The notes under the pieces were generated by a model. It did not search any database. It saw nothing but the letters and a program-made list of their open reading frames with translations, and was not told the DNA's origin. A DNA stretch of 59,508 nucleotides, from assembly GCA_018970045.1 (NCBI GenBank), contig JAGWXC010000001.1:1-59508 (forward strand). Direction: 5' to 3'. Every line of letters begins with the position of its first letter. The stretch's first letter is position 1. Positions 18,115 to 27,364 of this stretch are shown here, piece by piece. The stretch is from Planctomycetota bacterium. Its GTDB lineage: Bacteria; Planctomycetota; Phycisphaerae; Phycisphaerales; SM1A02. A program made the translations under genes and the position numbers.

Positions 18115-20636
18115 GTCTGCTCCCGATGCTGTGTTGGCTGCTGCTTGCGTTGCCCGGTGCAGCGATCGTGCGGCGTCGAGTCCCGGCAGCGTGGGGTGGC
18201 GGTCCCGCTGCGTGGCTCGGGATCGGTTGGATGGCGTCGCTCATCGCGCTGGCACCCGTCGTGGTTGCCGCGTACCTGCTGCGGCTGCCGACCGGCGCGG
18301 TCGCCGTGGTGGCCGCGGGGTTCGTGTGTTGGGGAGCATTTGAGCTCATCCGGCAGCGCGCGTGGCGCGATCTTCGCGGCAGCGTCACGGTCGTCGCCAT
18401 CCTTGCGGCATGCGTCGTCATCCTCGATGCGGCGCTTGCCGAACGCATCGGGGCGATCCTCGACAATGACGCGCGCGTCCACATCGCGAGGATCCGCTTT
18501 CTCCTGGACCAGGGTTTCTCCAACGTGGATCCGTTCGTACGGACTCCCGGCGAGTATCCCTATCCGCTCTACCACACCAACGTCCTGCACGCCGTGCACG
18601 CGATCATGGCGTGGCTGACGGGGCTCGACCCGCTTGATGTCTGGTTTGGCTCGCTCGGAGCGTCACGCCTGATGATCGCCGGTGCCGCCGCGTGGACCGC
18701 GTGGGTCATCGTCGGTGGCCGCTGGGCACCGTGGATCGCAGCGGTTCTGGCAGTGCTGTCACGCGTCGACTGCAACTACACGCTCTACCCCAATCAGCTT
18801 GCGCCGTGGTTCGCTGTCCCCATCACGGTGGGTGGCGTTGCACTTGCGCTGGCGCGCGATGGCCGTGCCTGGCACACTGCGCTGGCGTGCGCGTGTCTCA
18901 CACTGGTCGTCGCCATGGTCCATCCGCTCTACGCCGGCTTCGTGCTGGTGCTGCTCCTGCCGGTCCTTGGAGGCTCGATGCTGCGACGATGGCTGCGTGG
19001 CATCGGTAAGCCGATCACGCCGTGGGCATGCGCTGCCGGTCTCGTGATCGCTGCGGTCCCGATGTTGGCGACGGTGAAAGCCATGACCGCCGCTCCGGGA
19101 CGCGCCGGTGATGTCGCCTCTGCGTCGGCGTGGGAGCGATCGCAATGGAAACTCGATGGGACCGCAGGGAGCGAGTCACAGGCCGGCAGCGGCACGCCCG
19201 ATGCCCTCGGCCGAGCCCGAACGACGGCGATGCACCGCCAGGACGGCTTCACCATGAGCGAGTCCGGTGGCCGCCGGTTCATCGCGAGGGATTGGGGCCG
19301 AGGCTTCACGGGCGGTTTCGGCGGCGTGCGTGCGTGGCGCCTCTGGTCCGCGCTCGCCGCGACGATCCTCGCGCTCTCGGTGCTCGGCAGGCCGCAGGCA
19401 GCCGTGGCGATGGGGGCGATCCTCGTCGTCGTGGGCGTCATGTCGGTTCCGACGCTGTGCACTTCGGCGATCGGGTTTCTCGGCGCGCAGTGGATGGTGC
19501 TCAGATTCGAGGCACTCGCCACGATCCTGTGGTGCATGCTCGCACTACCGGCCATCGCAGCAAGCCTTGAGCGTTCGACCCATGCACGTCGGGCATGGTC
19601 GTTCGTGGGGGGGCTGGGCACGATGCTGCTCGCCGCATGGGTCGGGGTTGCGAATGCCGGACGTGACGCACCCGTTCGGATGGAGCAGTGGTGGCATCGC
19701 GCGACGGCCTCGTCAGGCACTCGATGCGGCGTTGCGTTCGATGGCCTGGTTGAGAATCGTGGGTGGATGGAGCAGGCGATTCCCGATGGGGCCGTGGTCG
19801 CCTGCGGTCGGCTGACCGGGACATGGGTCGCCATGCTTCGTGGTCCGGCGCTCGTGTGCAGCGAGCGAAGTTCAACCGGGGTCCCTGCCGGAGCAACGCG
19901 CACCCGTCACGTGATCGAGATGCTCGACGACCGGACCGACGACGCTCGTCGAGCAGAGCTGTTCAGGCACTACCGAGTCAGTCACGTGCTGCTCGCCGGT
20001 CGAGCGCCCGCCTGGACCGAGTATTGGACGGCCGAGATCGACGTAGGGGAGGGCCATCGATTGATCCAGCTCTTGGATGCCCCCGATCCGCGCAAAGCGT
20101 GGGAGCGCGAGGTGTCGGATGCCACGCGCGAGGTGCTTCGTGGCTGCGCCGACCACGCGGAACCCGCGCTCGAGGCACTCGTCGACGAGCGGCCGCAGTC
20201 GTGGCGAGGATGGAACGCACTGGGCAACGCGCAGTGGGAGCTCGGCCGCGTGCAGGCGGCGGAACGGTCCTATCTCGAGGCCAGGCGGTGCGATCCCGGT
20301 GAGCCGATGCCCGAACTGATGCTGGGCAACTGCGCTGAATCGCTCGAACGCCCCTCCGAGGCACTCACGCGATTTGAGTCTGCGGAGGCGATCGCCATCG
20401 CTGCCGGGGATCCCGGCGTCGCGGCGTCGGCGAGCTTCAACCGCGCCAACGTGCTGCGGCGGCAGGGTCGCCTTCAGGAGGCCGAGTTCGCGTATCGGCG
20501 CGCCCTGCTGCTGAATCCGACGCATGCCGGAGCGCAGGAAGAATTGAAGCGGGCCGGACGCTGGATCGCCCCCGCAGAAGGGCCGGCTGACGAAGGCGAC
20601 GAAGGCCAGCCATCGAGCGAGCATGGCAGAAGATGA
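18111..20636 (+). CDS. large polytopic membrane protein with C-terminal TPR repeats
   Basis: More than 12 predicted TM helices over about 560 aa, then TPR-like repeats (GWNALGNAQWELGRVQAAERSYLEARRCDP...FNRANVLRRQGRLQEAEFAYRRALLLNP). ATGA overlap at the start. Confidence 0.6.
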   Translation: MSLLPMLCWLLLALPGAAIVRRRVPAAWGGGPAAWLGIGWMASLIALAPVVVAAYLLRLPTGAVAVVAAGFVCWGAFELIRQRAWRDLRGSVTVVAILAACVVILDAALAERIGAILDNDARVHIARIRFLLDQGFSNVDPFVRTPGEYPYPLYHTNVLHAVHAIMAWLTGLDPLDVWFGSLGASRLMIAGAAAWTAWVIVGGRWAPWIAAVLAVLSRVDCNYTLYPNQLAPWFAVPITVGGVALALARDGRAWHTALACACLTLVVAMVHPLYAGFVLVLLLPVLGGSMLRRWLRGIGKPITPWACAAGLVIAAVPMLATVKAMTAAPGRAGDVASASAWERSQWKLDGTAGSESQAGSGTPDALGRARTTAMHRQDGFTMSESGGRRFIARDWGRGFTGGFGGVRAWRLWSALAATILALSVLGRPQAAVAMGAILVVVGVMSVPTLCTSAIGFLGAQWMVLRFEALATILWCMLALPAIAASLERSTHARRAWSFVGGLGTMLLAAWVGVANAGRDAPVRMEQWWHRATASSGTRCGVAFDGLVENRGWMEQAIPDGAVVACGRLTGTWVAMLRGPALVCSERSSTGVPAGATRTRHVIEMLDDRTDDARRAELFRHYRVSHVLLAGRAPAWTEYWTAEIDVGEGHRLIQLLDAPDPRKAWEREVSDATREVLRGCADHAEPALEALVDERPQSWRGWNALGNAQWELGRVQAAERSYLEARRCDPGEPMPELMLGNCAESLERPSEALTRFESAEAIAIAAGDPGVAASASFNRANVLRRQGRLQEAEFAYRRALLLNPTHAGAQEELKRAGRWIAPAEGPADEGDEGQPSSEHGRR

Positions 20637-21604
20637 CTCCAGCCGTGAACGAGCATGAGCCCGATGTCTCGATCGTGATCGTGAGCTACAACACGGTCGA
20701 CCTCTTGCGGGACTGCCTGCGATCGATTCCGCGGTCGGTCGAGCCCTTCACGCACGAGACGATCGTCGTCGACAACCTGTCGCGCGATGGGAGCGCCGAC
20801 ATGGTCGAGCGTGAGTTCCCCGGCGTTCGGCTCGTGCGGGCGGAGCGCAACCTGGGCTTTGCCGGCGGGAACAACGCGGCATTCAAGATCGCCCGAGGGC
20901 GCCTCGTCTACTGCCTCAACCCCGACACCGTGAGCCATCCCGGATCGCTTGCGACGCTCGTGAGGCTCCTCGACGGCGATTCGACGCTCGGGTACGTCGG
21001 TCCGAAGCTGCTGAACGCCGATGGGACCCATCAGCTCAGTGCGTATCGCTTCCACACTGTGCTCTCGGGATTCGTGAGCTGGTCGATGCTGGGTCTTGAT
21101 CGCCGATACCCACGTTCGCGTCATTGCCTCACGCTTCACCACCTGCATGGATGCGACACTCCCTTCGAGGTCGACTGGCTGACGGGTGCGGCCATTTTGA
21201 CGCGCCGTTCGATCATCGATCGGGTCGGAGGCTACGACGAGCGCTACTTCCTGTATGCGGAGGAGATCGAGTGGTGCTGGCGCATGCACCGTGCCGGCTG
21301 GCGGGGGTGGTATGAGCCGGGCGCGGTCGTCACGCACATCCGCGCGGCGAGCACATCCCACCTCGATGACTCGCATGCATTCCATGGACATGATCCGTCG
21401 CTGCTCATCGAGAGCCATCGCCGCCTGGCGGTGCAGACGCTCGGGCTGCCGGCGGCCGTCGCGTCGCAAGCGCTGCACCTGGCAGGAGTCACCCTGGCAT
21501 GGTTGCGCAACGTGCCACCCATGCCACGACGCAGCCCCGGCACGCGGCGAAAAGCCTGGCTGTGGATGCGCTACCTCGTCCGACCGACACCGCGGGGGCG
21601 CTGA
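20633..21604 (+). CDS. glycosyltransferase family 2 (rhamnosyltransferase-like)
   Basis: VSIVIVSYNTVDLLRDCLRSI...VVDNLSRDGS...RNLGFAGGNN. ATGA overlap at the start. Confidence 0.85.
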   Translation: MTPAVNEHEPDVSIVIVSYNTVDLLRDCLRSIPRSVEPFTHETIVVDNLSRDGSADMVEREFPGVRLVRAERNLGFAGGNNAAFKIARGRLVYCLNPDTVSHPGSLATLVRLLDGDSTLGYVGPKLLNADGTHQLSAYRFHTVLSGFVSWSMLGLDRRYPRSRHCLTLHHLHGCDTPFEVDWLTGAAILTRRSIIDRVGGYDERYFLYAEEIEWCWRMHRAGWRGWYEPGAVVTHIRAASTSHLDDSHAFHGHDPSLLIESHRRLAVQTLGLPAAVASQALHLAGVTLAWLRNVPPMPRRSPGTRRKAWLWMRYLVRPTPRGR

Positions 21605-21610
21605 CCGAGC

Positions 21611-22255
21611 ATGCCGATCTCACACGCCCATCGCTGCATCTTCATCCACGTGCCAAAGTGCGGCGGGACGAGCATCGAGGCTGCCCTTGGCGTGCTCGGC
21701 GACTGGCGCCACGAGGACCGCGAGCGGATGTTCGGCCGCATGACGTCGAGCGATCTTCTGGCCATGCGATGCCGCTCCCGATTCCTGCAGCACCTGACGT
21801 GGGATGAACTGCGACGAGTCGTTCCCGAGCACGAGCGGCGTGGGTACCGCTCGTTCGCGATGGTGCGCCACCCCTTGACGCGCCTTGAATCCGCGTGGTC
21901 CCGGCCCGACCACGACCTTGTCGAGGAAGCTCGCTGGCAGGGCATCCGGCTCGATGGCGTGGGGTTCGCGCGGTTCGTCGAAGGCGTTCTGCGGCTGGAT
22001 CATCCGCACGTCCGGCCGCAGGTGGAGTACATCGTCGATGCCACCGGCCGGATCTTGGTTGATGCGCTTGGTCGCTACGAGCGCTTCGGGGAAGACGCTC
22101 GATCGTTGCTGTCGTCGGTCGGTGTTTACCGGAGTCTCGAGCATCGCAACCCGCCGCTCCGTGCGCGCCACGGCATTGAGTGGCCAGCCGAGCTGCGCGC
22201 GCGCGCCATCGAGCGATATGGCGATGACTTCAGGATCCTGGGGTACGAGCCATGA
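21611..22255 (+). CDS. sulfotransferase family 2 protein
   Basis: CIFIHVPKCGGTSIEAAL matches the PAPS 5'-phosphosulfate-binding loop of Sulfotransfer_2. A later RHP..R segment is also present. Confidence 0.7.
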   Translation: MPISHAHRCIFIHVPKCGGTSIEAALGVLGDWRHEDRERMFGRMTSSDLLAMRCRSRFLQHLTWDELRRVVPEHERRGYRSFAMVRHPLTRLESAWSRPDHDLVEEARWQGIRLDGVGFARFVEGVLRLDHPHVRPQVEYIVDATGRILVDALGRYERFGEDARSLLSSVGVYRSLEHRNPPLRARHGIEWPAELRARAIERYGDDFRILGYEP

Positions 22256-23097
22256 TCCTCGTGATGACGCTGCTCGTGCGCGACGAGGAGGACATCCTCG
22301 AGGCGAACCTCGCGTTCCACCGAAGCCGGGGCGTGGATCACTTCATCGTGACCGACAACCTGTCGACCGATCGCACCCCTGCGATCCTCGCGCGATGGCG
22401 CGACAGGGGGCTCGTGACGATCATCGAGGAACGCCAGGACGACTACGCACAGCACGCGTGGGTCACGCGCATGGCGCGGATGGCGGCTTCGGACTACGGT
22501 GCCGACTGGGTGATCAACAACGACGCTGACGAATTCTGGTGGCCCGCCTGCGGCTCGCTCAAGGAGGCGCTTGCATCGCTGCCGGCCTCCGCCTGCGCGG
22601 CGGTGGTCGAGCGCACGAACCTCCCCGCGCTCGATGGTGCCGGTCCATTCTGGGATCGACTGGTCTGGCGCGACACGCAATCACGCAACCCGACCGGCGG
22701 TCCGCTTGGTCCGAAGGTGGCGCACCGCGGTGATCGCTCCATCGAGGTCGAGCAGGGCAACCACTTCGTGCGTCAGCGCGGTCTCCGATTGGTGCCGGTT
22801 CCGGCCCCGATCGAGATCCTGCATGTGCCGTGTCGATCGTGGCCCCAGTTCGAGCGCAAGATCCGACTCGGTGGGGCGGCGTACGCGCGCAACACGAACC
22901 TCAAGCCCTCGATCGGCAAGACGTGGCGGGACCTTCACCAGCGGCTGCTCGAAGGGTCGCTGCGTCGTGAGTACGACCGGCAGAATCCCACGGGCACGGA
23001 GCACGCCGCGCAAGTCGCCTCTGGCCGCCTCGTTCGTGACGAGCGGCTCCGCGGAGCATTGGGCGAACTCATGCACGATGAGGCGGGCGCAGCGTGA
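22252..23097 (+). CDS. glycosyltransferase family 2-like (Glyco_tranf_2_4 type)
   Basis: LLVRDEEDILEANLAFHRSRGVDHFIVTDNLSTDRT...WVINNDADEFWWP. ATGA overlap at the start. Confidence 0.65.
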   Translation: MILVMTLLVRDEEDILEANLAFHRSRGVDHFIVTDNLSTDRTPAILARWRDRGLVTIIEERQDDYAQHAWVTRMARMAASDYGADWVINNDADEFWWPACGSLKEALASLPASACAAVVERTNLPALDGAGPFWDRLVWRDTQSRNPTGGPLGPKVAHRGDRSIEVEQGNHFVRQRGLRLVPVPAPIEILHVPCRSWPQFERKIRLGGAAYARNTNLKPSIGKTWRDLHQRLLEGSLRREYDRQNPTGTEHAAQVASGRLVRDERLRGALGELMHDEAGAA

Positions 23098-24815
23098 ACG
23101 AAGCCATCGGCCGTGCATGGGCGCTCCTGGGGCCGCGAGATCGCCGCGTGGCCGCGATGCTCTGTGCGGCGATGCTCGTGTCGGCGGCGCTTGAGTGCGT
23201 CGGGCTGGGGCTCGTCTTCCCAGTGCTCGCGCTGCTGTCGGACGATGCATCGATGCTGCGTCATGCGCCCGACATCGTGGTGCAGTCCATCGGCTCGATG
23301 CCCCGCCCCCGGCTCATCGTGCTGTGCATGGGCGGTCTCGTCGCCATCTATGTCACGAAGGGCATCTTCCGCTGGACCCTGGTGCGGCAGGTCAATCGGT
23401 TCGGCTTCGCGCTGCAGCGCGAACTCTCCACCCGTTTGTTCGGGCGATTCATCGCGCGGCCGTGGGCGTTCCATCTCGCTCGCAACACAACCGGTCTGCT
23501 GCACGGCGTAACCCATGATGTCGACCAGGTGGCCTTCGGTGTGATCGTTCCGGCGCTGTCAGCGGCCAGCGAGCTGCTGGTGATCGTGGGAGTGACGGCA
23601 CTGCTGCTGGCCATCGAGCCGGTTGGTGGACTGGTGTGCCTTGGGCTGGTCGGCGCTGCGGGCTGGTGGTTCCACCGCAACACCGAGGCCCGGGCTGCGG
23701 CGCTCGGTCAGCGAAGGCGTGAACTCGACCGCTCACGATTCCGGCTGATTCGCCAAGCGTTGGAAGGCGTCAAGGAGATCCAGGCGCTCGGCCGCGAGCG
23801 CGGTTTCGCCGATCTGGTGGATGACGCCTCGTGCCGAAGCGGTGCGATGGGCGCTCAGGTGCAGTCGCTGAAGGACATGCCGCGGAGCTGGATCGAGGTC
23901 CTTGCGGTGGTCGGGTTGGCGACCCTCGTCAGCACATTGGAGTTGCGTGGTCGCGACCCCGGGTCGGTGCTGGGGATCGCCGGGCTCTTCGCGATCGCGG
24001 TCTTCCGACTCGTTCCAAGCGGCACGCGGCTCATGTCGAGCGTGCAGTTGATGGTGCTTGCGGCTCCGAGCCTTCGCGCCGTCGCCAACGAACTGGCGCA
24101 GTCGACGGCTGCACCCACAGGGTCGGCAGGTGATGACGATTGGACCTCGATTGACTTCGATGGGGTGTCCTTCCGCTATGCGGATGATCGTCCGGCCGTG
24201 CTCGAGGGTCTCGATGCGCGTGTCGGTCGCGGCGAATCGGTGGGGGTGATCGGAGCGAGCGGCTCGGGCAAGTCCACGGTCGTGGACCTCGTCCTTGGGC
24301 TGCTGCGGCCCTCCGCCGGACGGATCATGATCGGTCGCGTCGATCTGGCCGACTGCACGCGATGGTGGCGAGCGCAGGTCGGCTATGTGCCTCAGGCGAT
24401 CTACCTGATGGATGACTCCATCCGCCGAAACGTCGCCTTCGGCCTTCCCGAGCGTGACATCGACGAGTCGGCCGTCGTCCGCGCCCTGCGCCTGGCGCAA
24501 CTTGATGACTTCGTGGCGTCGCTGCCCGACGGCCTGTCCACCGTCGTGGGCGAACGTGGCGTCCGTTTGAGCGGGGGACAGCGACAGCGCATCGGGATTG
24601 CGCGGGCGCTCTACGCACGGCCGACGGTGCTCATCCTCGACGAGGCGACGAGTGCACTCGATCCCGCGACCGAGGCGGAGCTGCTCAAGGCCATTCACGC
24701 GTTGCAGGGCACCGTGACGATGATCGTGGTCGCCCATCGTGAAGCAACCGTCGCGCGGTGCGACCGTGTGCTGCGCCTCGATGCGGACGGGCTCGGGGAG
24801 GCCGAACGTGCCTGA
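23094..24815 (+). CDS. fused TMD-NBD ABC exporter (MsbA/type-1 exporter-like)
   Basis: Six N-terminal TM helices; Walker A GASGSGKST; signature LSGGQRQRIGIARAL; Walker B LILDEATSALD. GTGA overlap at the start. Confidence 0.85.
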   Translation: MNEAIGRAWALLGPRDRRVAAMLCAAMLVSAALECVGLGLVFPVLALLSDDASMLRHAPDIVVQSIGSMPRPRLIVLCMGGLVAIYVTKGIFRWTLVRQVNRFGFALQRELSTRLFGRFIARPWAFHLARNTTGLLHGVTHDVDQVAFGVIVPALSAASELLVIVGVTALLLAIEPVGGLVCLGLVGAAGWWFHRNTEARAAALGQRRRELDRSRFRLIRQALEGVKEIQALGRERGFADLVDDASCRSGAMGAQVQSLKDMPRSWIEVLAVVGLATLVSTLELRGRDPGSVLGIAGLFAIAVFRLVPSGTRLMSSVQLMVLAAPSLRAVANELAQSTAAPTGSAGDDDWTSIDFDGVSFRYADDRPAVLEGLDARVGRGESVGVIGASGSGKSTVVDLVLGLLRPSAGRIMIGRVDLADCTRWWRAQVGYVPQAIYLMDDSIRRNVAFGLPERDIDESAVVRALRLAQLDDFVASLPDGLSTVVGERGVRLSGGQRQRIGIARALYARPTVLILDEATSALDPATEAELLKAIHALQGTVTMIVVAHREATVARCDRVLRLDADGLGEAERA

Positions 24816-25659
24816 AGCAGCGCTCTCGCGTACGGCCGACTGCGGGATCGTGACGCTCGCCGATGCGCGCTACGCGCCCGGCGTCGACATGCTGTGCCGG
24901 TCCGTCCGCGAGAGCCTCGATCTGCCGGTCGCCTGCTTCGACCTAGGCCTGGGTGCGGCGGTGATCCAGCGGCTCTGCACGAACCACCCTTCGTTGCGCG
25001 TGCTGCCGATGCCAGAGAGCGCCGATCTCTTGGCCGTGCGCCGCGCGTTCGAGTCAGCAGGACCGCTTGCGAAGCCCGGCAAGCGCGTCTGGCCGATCTG
25101 GGCGTGTCCGTTCCTGATCGCGGCCAGCCCATTCGCGCGGACCTTCTGGATCGATGCCGACATCGTCGTGCTGCGGCACCTTGCAGGGCTGGTCTCGTTG
25201 CTCGACGCTGGACCGGTGCTCACGCCGGAGAACTTCGCACCGGCAGTCACACCCAACAAGCCAGAGCTCTATCGGCTGCTGCCCATCGCGCGCCGGTTCG
25301 ATCCGCTCGAGCCACGGTTGAACGCGGGCATCTCCGGTTGGGATCATGCTCGCGCCGAGGATCGTGCACTGCTCGACGCCTATTGCCATGCCGTACGCTC
25401 GGCGTGCGCCGATCCTCGGATCGCGAACGCCATCTCGTGGTGGGACCAAGGATCCCTGATCTGGGCGGTGCAGTCGTGCGGGCTCGAGCATCGGGTGGTG
25501 CGGACGAACGCGTGGAACCTCTGCATCCGCAACACGCGCGCCAAGGGCATCGACGTCGGCTGGGATGATGGCACGCTCGCTCGTCTGCGGGACCTCGTCC
25601 CCGAGGGCAACCTCCTCCACTGGAACGGGACTGCGCCACCGTGGGGCGTGGTGGCATGA
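24808..25659 (+). CDS. nucleotide-diphospho-sugar transferase, GT8-like
   Basis: GIVTLADARYAPGVDMLCRSV and the DxD-type WIDADIVV motif. Start is uncertain: GTG at 24808 overlaps the ABC stop, ORF maximum 24739. Confidence 0.5.
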   Translation: MPEAALSRTADCGIVTLADARYAPGVDMLCRSVRESLDLPVACFDLGLGAAVIQRLCTNHPSLRVLPMPESADLLAVRRAFESAGPLAKPGKRVWPIWACPFLIAASPFARTFWIDADIVVLRHLAGLVSLLDAGPVLTPENFAPAVTPNKPELYRLLPIARRFDPLEPRLNAGISGWDHARAEDRALLDAYCHAVRSACADPRIANAISWWDQGSLIWAVQSCGLEHRVVRTNAWNLCIRNTRAKGIDVGWDDGTLARLRDLVPEGNLLHWNGTAPPWGVVA

Positions 25660-26411
25660 GGTCGTTGGCGTCGTGGCTGCGGTCGCTCGTCCGTGGCGCA
25701 GGAGCGCCGCCGCGTGCGCCCTCGCGGCGTGACGGCCTCGACAGCGAGACCGCATTCTGGGATGGCTGGCTCGCGCGACGCGAGCATGCCGGATTCGCGT
25801 TCCGGACGGACCCAACCAGCCAACTGCAGCCATGGCTCTGGTGCCATCTCGATCCGACCAGGCCGATCCACCGAGTGCTCGATGTCGGATCGGGGCCACT
25901 CTCGGTGGTCGGGCGTGTCGCGCCGGCCGGTCGGCTCGAACTGACCTGCTGCGATCCCCTCGCATCGGTCTACCACGCGCTGCTCGCCAAGCACGGCATC
26001 ACGCCGGTCCACTCGATCGATGACGTCGCCGGTGAAGCGCTGGTGCAGCGCTATGGCAACGCAGGCTTCGATCTCGCGCTCTCCAACAATGCCGTCGACC
26101 ACGCGGCGTCGCCGATCGACGTGCTCCGACAGATGGCACTTGTCGTCCGCGTTGGAGGCACCGTGCTCGTGCAGGTGGGTGAGCGCGAGGGCCAGCACGG
26201 CGGGTACGGAGGGCTGCACCAGTGGGATTTCTGGGAGGATCGCGGGCGCCTCTGGCTGGCCGCTCGTGCCGGTGATCCCGCAGACGTGACGCACGCGCTT
26301 GAGCCGTGGCTGGAGCAGTGCTCGATCGCGCGCGTCGACACGAATCCGGCGGGGGTGCGGTGGGATCGACCGCACCTGCGCATCGTGTGGCGGCGTCGCG
26401 ACCCTCGCTAG
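25656..26411 (+). CDS. class I SAM-dependent methyltransferase
   Basis: Motif I VLDVGSGPLSVVG, then CCDPL, then FDLALSNNAVDH. ATGA overlap at the start. Confidence 0.75.
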   Translation: MRSLASWLRSLVRGAGAPPRAPSRRDGLDSETAFWDGWLARREHAGFAFRTDPTSQLQPWLWCHLDPTRPIHRVLDVGSGPLSVVGRVAPAGRLELTCCDPLASVYHALLAKHGITPVHSIDDVAGEALVQRYGNAGFDLALSNNAVDHAASPIDVLRQMALVVRVGGTVLVQVGEREGQHGGYGGLHQWDFWEDRGRLWLAARAGDPADVTHALEPWLEQCSIARVDTNPAGVRWDRPHLRIVWRRRDPR

Positions 26412-27364
26412 TCCTGCGCCGCGACGGGCCGTCCGGCGGTCGAAGGAACCCACGCGCCTTCGAGCAAGCCGATGCCCCACGCACGCTGCATGCGGGCGCG
26501 GACCGCATGTTCCGTGCGTCGTGCACAGGCGTGCCGCGCCGAGCCGATCACGATCCACGCGATGCCTTTCACCGAGCAGAGCGCCAACGCCGAGGCGCGC
26601 CCCCGCAGATCACGTTCGATGGGTGCGACGCAGCGTCCAACGCTTCGTTGGCGCCGCACGAGCCACGCCTCGGTCGCCCGTGAGGGAGGGATCGACTCCA
26701 CGACCCGGGCCTCGTCGACCCATCGAATGGGCACGCCGCGGCGCACCAGCCGCTGGAAGAAGTGGCGATCCTCCCCGGCGCGCAGGAACCCGGTCGCGAA
26801 TCGAGGTCCCGCATCGTCCACCAGAGCCGCATCGAACAGCACGTTGTTGGTGAACGCCCACGGCCTGCGTTCCCCGGTCGTGTGCACGGCTGCCGCGAAG
26901 AAACCCCCATCAATCACCCATGGTGCAGGGGGCTCGTCGAACGCCGGATCGACTGGACCAGTCACGATGCCCGGTCCGAATCGATCGCGCGCGGCGAGCA
27001 GTGCTGCCAGCCAGCCACGTCCAGCGGTTTCGTCGTCATCAATGAACGCGATCAGTCCCATTGATCCAACAGCCTGCCGCGCCAGCCCGAGGGCTCGATT
27101 GCGCGGGAATGCCACGCCCCGTTGCGGCTCGGCCTCGAGGATCACGTCGATCCCGGTGTCGCGACGCACGCGTGCGACGACCTCGGCAGGGGCGGGATCG
27201 TCAGGATCGTTGCTCACGACGATGGCGACCACACCGACCCCCGCCGGCAGTGTCGAGCGCTGCTCTGCGAGGCTGCGCAGCGTGGCCTCGAGCCCGGCTG
27301 CGCGGTGGAGCGTCGACACGCAGCAGGCGATCGTTCGCGCGTCAGGTGCCATGGTGGGTTGCAT
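26408..27364 (-). CDS. glycosyltransferase family 2 (ExoM/ExoO-like)
   Basis: IACCVSTLHRAAGLEATLRSL...IVVSNDPDD...FPRNRAL...FIDDDE. Confidence 0.75.
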   Translation of the reverse strand: MQPTMAPDARTIACCVSTLHRAAGLEATLRSLAEQRSTLPAGVGVVAIVVSNDPDDPAPAEVVARVRRDTGIDVILEAEPQRGVAFPRNRALGLARQAVGSMGLIAFIDDDETAGRGWLAALLAARDRFGPGIVTGPVDPAFDEPPAPWVIDGGFFAAAVHTTGERRPWAFTNNVLFDAALVDDAGPRFATGFLRAGEDRHFFQRLVRRGVPIRWVDEARVVESIPPSRATEAWLVRRQRSVGRCVAPIERDLRGRASALALCSVKGIAWIVIGSARHACARRTEHAVRARMQRAWGIGLLEGAWVPSTAGRPVAAQD

